From IMG/VR virus record IMGVR_UViG_3300044641_005543: a DNA stretch of 64,000 bases; one strand, 5' to 3'. The stretch's first letter is position 1; each line of letters begins with the position of its first letter. The translations under genes and the position numbers were made by a program. This stretch comes from an uncultured virus (IMG/VR IMGVR_UViG_3300044641_005543). Its lineage: Duplodnaviria; Heunggongvirae; Uroviricota; Caudoviricetes. Shown here in pieces: positions 39,818 to 46,989 of this stretch. The notes under the pieces are model-generated. The model was not told the origin of the DNA, did not search any database, and was given only the letters and a program-made list of their open reading frames with translations.

Positions 39818-40348
39818 TTATTTTTTGATATAAACATATACTGGAATATTATTCCATATATCTTTAATCAATTCTGAGATAAATTGCCAATCTCCACCAG
39901 CTAATCCGCTACCAAATTTTGGGCAATGTATTTCGGTTTCTGTAGTAATATCACGAGATTTCAGATCTATAGTTTTACTTTTAATATCGTTCATACAATT
40001 AGCTAGTGCAAAATAGTTAAGTGGTCTCGAATTAGATTTACTAATGAGTCCATTTTGTGCTATCATATTTGCAATAAAAATTTTATTACCGGTATTTTTA
40101 TTAATATACGCTTCAACAAATTGAGTATACCCTAATTTGGCTTTGTTGCCAAGCATATGAAAATTTTCTTTAACTGATGGAAACATATTGCTGATATAGC
40201 CAGCAAATCCAGCACCAAAACCATTTACATTATTGCATACATGCGGTATAATAATATTATGTGTAGAGGTTCTATCTTTAGCAAGATCAATTATGTCTTT
40301 ATTTTTAATTAAAACGTAACATTTGTCTTTGTGTTGTGTACTATACAT
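39818..40348 (-). CDS. macrodomain protein (ADP-ribose processing)
   Basis: HVCNN...GAGFA, IANMIAQ, PKFGSGLAGGDW. Confidence 0.8.
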   Translation of the reverse strand: MYSTQHKDKCYVLIKNKDIIDLAKDRTSTHNIIIPHVCNNVNGFGAGFAGYISNMFPSVKENFHMLGNKAKLGYTQFVEAYINKNTGNKIFIANMIAQNGLISKSNSRPLNYFALANCMNDIKSKTIDLKSRDITTETEIHCPKFGSGLAGGDWQFISELIKDIWNNIPVYVYIKK

Positions 40349-40589
40349 TTTCTTTAGTCCATTTATTTAGTGGGCATTCCTGATCAGCCCATGCTAGTTT
40401 ATTCATGAAAATTTTTTTATTATTAACATTACATCCACACTGTAAACATTCTTGATGTTTAGTATCATAACTATCACAGGATAAGCATATATTGTATCTG
40501 TAATCAATTTGTTGCTGATTACACTTTGGAAGTCCAGATGCAATATGAAAAATCAATGATTTAATAAATACTATTATTTTAGTTAACAT
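40341..40589 (-). CDS. small Cys-rich zinc-binding protein
   Basis: R..ICLSC...CLQCGC...CPLNKW. Confidence 0.6.
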   Translation of the reverse strand: MLTKIIVFIKSLIFHIASGLPKCNQQQIDYRYNICLSCDSYDTKHQECLQCGCNVNNKKIFMNKLAWADQECPLNKWTKENV

Positions 40590-40590
40590 A

Positions 40591-40788
40591 TTATTTATCT
40601 GTCTCCCACTCTTTCCATGAGTCATCATCTTCAATAATTTGTTTTTTGCGTTGTTTAAATTGTTTGTTTGCTGCTTTATTATTAGATGTTTCATCATCTA
40701 AAAAATGTTTTTGAGTTTTTTTGTGAGAAAATTTTTGTTTTCTATTGAATTTTTCTTGAAATTGATCGTCATTCATGTACATATTCAT
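40591..40788 (-). CDS. hypothetical protein
   Basis: ATG with GAGG upstream; the ORF-track TTG start is the -35 box of a promoter. Confidence 0.5.
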   Translation of the reverse strand: MNMYMNDDQFQEKFNRKQKFSHKKTQKHFLDDETSNNKAANKQFKQRKKQIIEDDDSWKEWETDK

Positions 40789-40801
40789 AGCCTCATTAGT
40801 C

Positions 40802-40830
40802 ATTATATATGGCCGTATTTGGTGTGTCAA
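40802..40830 (-). promoter_or_regulatory. sigma70-type promoter
   Basis: TTGACA-17nt-TATAAT, perfect consensus. Confidence 0.75.
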
Positions 40831-40902
40831 GCACTGAAATAAAAAAATATTTTCTTGACTACGACGAATACTACAACTATAGTATTATTCAGACGGTTGA
40901 TA

Positions 40903-41817
40903 TTATATATTAGGTAATCTCAATATTCCGTATCCTTGATACTCTTTTGTTCTAAATTTCTTGTTTTTTAATTGACTTGCACACTGTGAAAATATACTGA
41001 TATAATCAGCTGTATTATTTAGTTTCAAAGATTTAGTTTGTCTACTATAAGATAAAAGCAGACTTGCACAACCAACAGCAAATGGATTAGCCATACTAGT
41101 ACCACTCATTGCTGCGTAGGAATTATTCGGAACACAACTGACTATATCTTGTCCTGGAGATAAGAAATCCAGTTCATTACCCTTACATGTAAAGCTAGAT
41201 CTGTTTAAATTTCTATCAATAGATCCAATAGCTATTGTTTCATCGTATTTTGCCGGATACATAATTGGACTAGTTTCTCCGCTGTTTCCAGCAGCACAAA
41301 AAATTACGCATCCTTTTTTTATAGCGTATTTAATTGCATTATATATATCTTTAGAGTTACTTGGTGATCCTAATGACATTGTAATAAAATCACACTTATT
41401 ATCAGCAGCAAAAACTATTCCTTTTGCTATATTAATATTGTTGCCATTACCAGAACCGTCTAGAGCCTTAATTGGTAATACTTTGGATTTTGGAGCGATA
41501 CCAACCATTCCATAACCATTATTTTCTCCACAGATTGATCCCGTAACATGAGTACCATGACCATGATCATCATAGGGATCTTGTTTTTTATTTAGTAGAT
41601 TAATTCCTTGTAGAATATTATTTTTCAGATCAGGGTGATTATAGTCACACCCGGTATCAATAACTGCTATCTTTGTATTTTCTCCTTGACTTTTCTTCCA
41701 AAATGATTGTATATTAAATAATATAATTTCCCAGCCTAATATCTGACTACTTTGTGGAGATAATCCATAAATATTTTCTCTATAATGCGGTAATAGAGAG
41801 CAATCATTCTTTAACAT
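40903..41817 (-). CDS. subtilase (S8) serine protease
   Basis: VIDTG, HGTHV, AAGNSG, SGTSMA. Confidence 0.93.
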   Translation of the reverse strand: MLKNDCSLLPHYRENIYGLSPQSSQILGWEIILFNIQSFWKKSQGENTKIAVIDTGCDYNHPDLKNNILQGINLLNKKQDPYDDHGHGTHVTGSICGENNGYGMVGIAPKSKVLPIKALDGSGNGNNINIAKGIVFAADNKCDFITMSLGSPSNSKDIYNAIKYAIKKGCVIFCAAGNSGETSPIMYPAKYDETIAIGSIDRNLNRSSFTCKGNELDFLSPGQDIVSCVPNNSYAAMSGTSMANPFAVGCASLLLSYSRQTKSLKLNNTADYISIFSQCASQLKNKKFRTKEYQGYGILRLPNI

Positions 41818-42553
41818 ATCTATTTTCTCTTATCCATGATACAAATTTTGATACTCTAGTATGACAACCCTCATCCATATATGACGAGTCTGGTTTTTTG
41901 TCCACTGCCATGACACAGGAGTTGATTCCTGCCAGTTTGCCGTCAATAAATAAACCTCCACCGCTGTCACCACTAGAAATTAAAAATTCAAGTGCTGTGT
42001 GATTTTTGGAGCCTCTGCGTGTTGGTGAACATACTAACAAATCCTTTTCAAATGCGTCTACTTTATTTGATCCAGCTCTTCTATTATTATCTGATTTTTT
42101 AGCTCCTGTAAGAAATGTTCCATGTATTCCAAAACCAGATATACAACATACTTTATTTAACTCATCTGTATTTTCATATAATTCAGGATAAAAATCTATA
42201 TTAAATGAGGTATCAGAGTGTCCTATAGCAATATCAGAATTTCCAATTTCGCTATTGAAATCTTTATGTATAATAATTTTTTTCACAATAATAGTTTTAT
42301 CTTTATCTAATTTAATAAGAGCTAATTTATGATCTTTAACTACATGGGCTGCGGTTAAAAAATTATGATTATCTATTAATACCGCAGACGCACAGAACTG
42401 AGTATCGTCATTATATACTCCACATAGTCGTGTAACGTATTTAAATTTTGATCCATATTCTATATATTTAGAATCTTCCACACTTGGATCTGTCGTTCCA
42501 CCAAAACAAGATAATGATGTAAAAAATAAAATCAAAAAGAGGAATTTTTTCAT
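41804..42553 (-). CDS. trypsin-like (S1) serine protease with signal peptide
   Basis: LTAAHV, DIAI, GDSGGG; hydrophobic N-terminus. Confidence 0.9.
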   Translation of the reverse strand: MKKFLFLILFFTSLSCFGGTTDPSVEDSKYIEYGSKFKYVTRLCGVYNDDTQFCASAVLIDNHNFLTAAHVVKDHKLALIKLDKDKTIIVKKIIIHKDFNSEIGNSDIAIGHSDTSFNIDFYPELYENTDELNKVCCISGFGIHGTFLTGAKKSDNNRRAGSNKVDAFEKDLLVCSPTRRGSKNHTALEFLISSGDSGGGLFIDGKLAGINSCVMAVDKKPDSSYMDEGCHTRVSKFVSWIRENRYVKE

Positions 42554-42595
42554 AGTATCCTCCAGTGTTATATGATCTTATTTTAATACACCAAA

Positions 42596-43597
42596 TTATA
42601 ATATTTGTGATGCTATTAAGCATCCTTTAGAAACCGCATGTAATGGATCTGATGCGTGTTTAATTTGTTTAATTTCTAGAGGAAAATTATTTTCTACTAG
42701 TTTTTCTGAAAATTTTTCTATATAACCGCTGGCCTGCGATGTTCCTCCAGCAATTACTATTGTTAGTGGATTTTTAAATTTAGGTAAAGATTTATGGCCA
42801 ATTAATGCTACACTCAATTGTTTAGTTGTATAGTCAATTAATCTTTCATAATAGGCTGACACCGCCCCCAAAATAGGATTATCATTTGATTCTCCTATTC
42901 TAAAACCTCCATTCTCCTTCTCTGCCTGCACAACGCTATCAGTCTCTCCTGTTGCTACAGCACTCATACGATCTACCCAATCTCCAGACTTTGTTGTGCT
43001 AAATACTACTGTTGGTTCACCATTAAGCATGACACAAACATTTGTCATACCAGCACCACAACTAATACCTATCCCAGTATATTCCTCATTCTCTAATTCA
43101 GCATAACATAGAGCCTCCGCTTCATTAACCGATCTTGCTTCATACCCACAACTTGCTAATACTGTTTTGACAACATCTTCATGATAACCAACATCGAAAT
43201 CATCATCTTCTTGATCAACAGGTTGTGCTGGTACACAAAATACTAATTTTTCATTTGGTTCTGATGCTTCTCCGACTACTTCTTTTAGAATAAATGCTAA
43301 TATTCTTTTAGCGTCTTTTTCTTTAGATGATACAACTCCCCTATACATAGGTCGTTTGGCAGTATCATTTCTTTCGATAGCTTTTTCTATAGCGTCTTTT
43401 CCTAAAAGGATAAATGAATTATCGGTATCTTTAATGAATACTTTTCCAGATAATCCTTTCTCTATCATCTTTATAGCGACCGGCGTTGTTGGCTTGATGA
43501 TATAAAATGCGTCTCTAAAATCTTTATATTCAATACCTTTATCTGTTTGTTGAGATAATACTATGAAACTTGTTCCAACGTCTAAACCTTTTGCCAT
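42596..43597 (-). CDS. actin-superfamily ATPase, volactin-like
   Basis: phosphate-1 GLDVGTS, connect-1 NEAEA, phosphate-2 GISCGAGMTN, adenosine IAGGTS, C-terminal DPLHAVSKG. Confidence 0.85.
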   Translation of the reverse strand: MAKGLDVGTSFIVLSQQTDKGIEYKDFRDAFYIIKPTTPVAIKMIEKGLSGKVFIKDTDNSFILLGKDAIEKAIERNDTAKRPMYRGVVSSKEKDAKRILAFILKEVVGEASEPNEKLVFCVPAQPVDQEDDDFDVGYHEDVVKTVLASCGYEARSVNEAEALCYAELENEEYTGIGISCGAGMTNVCVMLNGEPTVVFSTTKSGDWVDRMSAVATGETDSVVQAEKENGGFRIGESNDNPILGAVSAYYERLIDYTTKQLSVALIGHKSLPKFKNPLTIVIAGGTSQASGYIEKFSEKLVENNFPLEIKQIKHASDPLHAVSKGCLIASQIL

Positions 43598-43600
43598 AAC

Positions 43601-43891
43601 TTAACCTTTCATATTTTTTAGTTTATTTATTGATGATGATATATTTTCATCTGATACTGTTTTGGTTCCTAGAGTATTAAATTTTTTTTCTAGATTATCT
43701 ATCTTAATTTCTGTAACAACTTTCTTATCATCTATGGTTATTTTTTCGTGTTCTTTTTGATTAAAATAAGATTTCGGCTTACTAATAGATACACCGGCAC
43801 CAACACTATTTAGCCTACCCAATATATAACCAATTAATAAACATATTATATTAATACTTAATGATAATACTATATAATTAATGTCTTGCAT
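43601..43891 (-). CDS. single-pass membrane protein
   Basis: N-terminal TM; C-terminal amphipathic SINKLKNMKG; stop lies 3 nt before the actin-like start. Confidence 0.6.
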   Translation of the reverse strand: MQDINYIVLSLSINIICLLIGYILGRLNSVGAGVSISKPKSYFNQKEHEKITIDDKKVVTEIKIDNLEKKFNTLGTKTVSDENISSSINKLKNMKG

Positions 43892-44264
43892 TATTTAACC
43901 ATTTTTTATATTTGTATTTATTAATGAAGCCTATAATGTTTGATATTTCTACATTTCTTCTTATTATACGAGAATCTGGTATTTTGTGAACTTTATATTC
44001 TTTTATTAAGTCTGGTCGACTATCATAGTCTACAATACAAACTATCGTATCATCAATTGACGGATCATTAGAATCCAAAAATTCGCTCTTTAATAATTTA
44101 CAGTTTTTACACCAATCAGCACTAAATACAACCAATATATCTTTATTAGAGGACTCTGCAAGGGCCACAGCATCTTCAAGACTATTAACAAAAACGGGGC
44201 TTTCAGCAGCCCCGTTTATTGCAAAGATCATAATAAATATACATAATATTATTTTTTTTAACAT
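43878..44264 (-). CDS. thioredoxin-like protein with signal peptide
   Basis: FSADWCKNC CxxC, KIP cis-Pro, N-terminal signal. Confidence 0.8.
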   Translation of the reverse strand: MLKKIILCIFIMIFAINGAAESPVFVNSLEDAVALAESSNKDILVVFSADWCKNCKLLKSEFLDSNDPSIDDTIVCIVDYDSRPDLIKEYKVHKIPDSRIIRRNVEISNIIGFINKYKYKKWLNNARH

Positions 44265-45151
44265 ATTTTACCTATTATTCTACCTTTAGATGTTCTGTGT
44301 ATGAAGCCTTTACGAACAAGGTATGGCTCTATACTATTTTCAATAGTTTCTATTGATATGCCTGTTAATGATGATATTGTTTTTAATCCTAGTGGTGTTC
44401 CTTTGTGTTTTTTCAGAATTTCAATATATGATTTATCATACATATCAAAACCATTACTATCAATACCCTGAATATTAAATATATCATCTATATTTTTAGT
44501 ATTCGATTCGTCGCACAGTTTATAATTTTTATACCATTGCAATCTAGAATTTAATATTCTTGGTGTTCCTTTGCTTCTTTTGGCTATTTCCAGTAGGTCT
44601 TTTTCATCAATCATTAGTCCGAGTTTTTCGGCGTTCAATCCTGCTAGTTTGGCTAACTCATCGTCAGTATAAAACGACAAATGTTCCTTAATAATAAACC
44701 TATCATAGAATGGCTGACTAAGACTTCCTCCACTAGTAGTTGCTCCGACTAATGTGAATTGTGGAACATCAATAGTTTCTGCATTTCCATCAATAACAGT
44801 ACTTAATTTAAAGTCTTCCATCACTGGATATAAAAATTCTTCTACTAATTTTGGAAGTCTATGTATTTCGTCTATAAACAAAATAGATTTTGGTGCCATT
44901 CCAGTTAAATAAGGTAGTATGCTTTTGACACTCCTTAAATTGGCAGCATTACATGTATATAGATTAACGCCCATCTCATTAGAGATAGCACTTGCTATAG
45001 TTGTTTTTCCAAGACCAGGAGGCCCATCAATTAAAATATGAGGCAGTACCGATTGTGAGTGCTTGCAACCCATAACAGATACTTTTAATCTTAAAATTAC
45101 ATCAGACTGACCAATGATTTTATCAAAACTATTAGGGCGTAAACTATTCAT
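44258..45151 (-). CDS. ruvB: Holliday junction helicase RuvB-like
   Basis: LRP..F..IIGQ, GPPGLGKTT, FIDEIHRL, MEDF, GATT, SKGTPR, EPYL. Confidence 0.93.
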   Translation of the reverse strand: MNSLRPNSFDKIIGQSDVILRLKVSVMGCKHSQSVLPHILIDGPPGLGKTTIASAISNEMGVNLYTCNAANLRSVKSILPYLTGMAPKSILFIDEIHRLPKLVEEFLYPVMEDFKLSTVIDGNAETIDVPQFTLVGATTSGGSLSQPFYDRFIIKEHLSFYTDDELAKLAGLNAEKLGLMIDEKDLLEIAKRSKGTPRILNSRLQWYKNYKLCDESNTKNIDDIFNIQGIDSNGFDMYDKSYIEILKKHKGTPLGLKTISSLTGISIETIENSIEPYLVRKGFIHRTSKGRIIGKIC

Positions 45152-45545
45152 TATTTTTTGAATCCTTTATCCAAAATACAAAGTCATTAGATTTATTATC
45201 AAATGCGGTTTCAATCATACCTTTATTTACCAAAGAATTTAGTATATTGCTGATCATTCTATCATTCAAAGATTGAATAATCTCATAGTATAGACTATCT
45301 GATATTAAATATCGTATTTTCTGATTTTTTTTATTAGTCTGTTTTTTAGCTAAACTTTTAACTATCACTAATGATTCATCATGTGATAAAACAGTATCAA
45401 ATTCTTCTTGATCTTCTGGTTTAATTTCATCTAGTAATATATCAATATCTGTTGATTTATCGCTACCAAAATTATTAAATATTAATGTGCGAGTTTTATC
45501 AACAAATTCTATTATATCTTTAATTATATACCATTCTTCGTTCAT
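45144..45545 (-). CDS. hypothetical protein
   Basis: 133 aa; C-terminus (LVNKGMIETAFD...FVFW) resembles that of 58976..59368. Confidence 0.6.
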   Translation of the reverse strand: MNEEWYIIKDIIEFVDKTRTLIFNNFGSDKSTDIDILLDEIKPEDQEEFDTVLSHDESLVIVKSLAKKQTNKKNQKIRYLISDSLYYEIIQSLNDRMISNILNSLVNKGMIETAFDNKSNDFVFWIKDSKNNE

Positions 45546-45552
45546 ATTTTAT

Positions 45553-45972
45553 TTAGTTCAGTATATCGAACAGTCCTTTATAGTAAATGGGCTGACTAAC
45601 AAAATATTTGGCATGTGCTTGTAAGTGTAATTTATATTCGTTATTTATAGGATCAGAAATAAAGTATTTCTTTTTCCATATTGGATTACCACCATAATTG
45701 GATCCCAAATACTGGAAGGAGTTACCCTTACCAGTATCGGGATTCCAACTATTCACAGGTAACGAAACAAACGGAAAGCCAGGAATATTATTTAATGGTA
45801 TAGAAGGTATTTGATTCCAATCTATATCATTAAACATATCAGTTAACCATTTTGATAGCGGGCTATCTGCCGACACATCAAATTTAAAGTAATAATGATA
45901 AGGATCTAATGATGGATGATCATAGTCATAATCATCTTCATCGTATTCATTATCGTCATAATCTTCGTGCAT
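45553..45972 (-). CDS. hypothetical protein
   Basis: 139 aa, acidic N-terminus. Confidence 0.55.
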   Translation of the reverse strand: MHEDYDDNEYDEDDYDYDHPSLDPYHYYFKFDVSADSPLSKWLTDMFNDIDWNQIPSIPLNNIPGFPFVSLPVNSWNPDTGKGNSFQYLGSNYGGNPIWKKKYFISDPINNEYKLHLQAHAKYFVSQPIYYKGLFDILN

Positions 45973-45986
45973 TGAATTATCTCTTA

Positions 45987-46074
45987 AAAAATGGGAAGGA
46001 ATCGAACCTTCTCACATAGCGTTTGTCGAATTTCCCAACCAGAGGCTATGATCTTAGTCACCAGACTCCATTTT
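45987..46074 (-). ncRNA. tRNA-like RNA with enlarged anticodon loop
   Basis: AAAATGG/CCATTTT acceptor, D-like hairpin, CATAGC/GCTATG stem, canonical T arm GAAGG-TTCGATT-CCTTC. Confidence 0.6.
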
Positions 46075-46084
46075 CTTTTAACGA

Positions 46085-46963
46085 TCAATACTGATCGTCG
46101 TAATCATCCTCATCTTCATCGTCAGCATCAGCGTAGTAATCTTCATCCATATCTTCTTCATCGTCATTCCATGCCCAACTATACTCATGATCATAATCAT
46201 CTTCGTCATCATTATAGTCATCTTCAGCAAAGTTAGATGAATAAAGAGGCTTGAGAAGTTCGCCTTGATACTCTCCAACAACTTCATATTGGCAAGTACG
46301 AAGTTTCTCACAATTACAATCACTAGGAACGCTAACAACGTCACAAGGATTAATCTTCACAATAACAATACGGTCACCAGCATCGACGCTGCCGTAACCA
46401 GCAACATAGTTCAATGCTCCAGCATGAAGTCCCTGAGAACAACCGCGACCACGATTATCATCAACTTTTGATCGGGTCATCTTGCAAATATCGCCAACCT
46501 TGTTACGAAACTTTCCAGCATACTTGTCCATATAATCACCACGAACAGCCTTATATGCTAGAAAGCATCCATCCTCAGTAATTGGCAGATGCTCATGCTC
46601 AAGGAAATCATAAAGTTCCTGCTGACTCTGCATACTAGGATTATCCATAAGATTATTCAGAAAGTTAACGAGGGGCTGAAATGGCAGACCCTTGCTCATA
46701 AACTCCAGAATTCTCTTACTAATACTACCATGAACTTCGTCACCATCATAGAACACCTTACCTTCCTTAATATCCACAAGACCATCGCTAAATACTGCGA
46801 CTGCCTTTTGAATATCAACAATCTCAAGTAATTCATCAGCGGTCGCTGTGGGCAAACGCTCAAGAATCATCTTGTAATTAATATGATCCGGCAAAACCTG
46901 ATAACTCTGGTTATTAAGAACCAGTGTCAAATTACCATCAACAAACATAAACGGAACAGCCAT
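46085..46963 (-). CDS. rIIB: rIIB-like protein
   Basis: ELYDFL, LPITEDGCFLAYK, CSQGLH, VKINP.DVVSVP.D, KLRTC.YEV; acidic tail; follows rIIA. Confidence 0.85.
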   Translation of the reverse strand: MAVPFMFVDGNLTLVLNNQSYQVLPDHINYKMILERLPTATADELLEIVDIQKAVAVFSDGLVDIKEGKVFYDGDEVHGSISKRILEFMSKGLPFQPLVNFLNNLMDNPSMQSQQELYDFLEHEHLPITEDGCFLAYKAVRGDYMDKYAGKFRNKVGDICKMTRSKVDDNRGRGCSQGLHAGALNYVAGYGSVDAGDRIVIVKINPCDVVSVPSDCNCEKLRTCQYEVVGEYQGELLKPLYSSNFAEDDYNDDEDDYDHEYSWAWNDDEEDMDEDYYADADDEDEDDYDDQY

Positions 46964-46989
46964 TGTAAAACTCCTATTGTTACCTGTGA

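Noticed and set aside
45991..46236. Plus-strand His-rich 81-aa ORF
   Set aside because: It is the antisense reading of the rIIB Asp-rich tail and the tRNA-like element.
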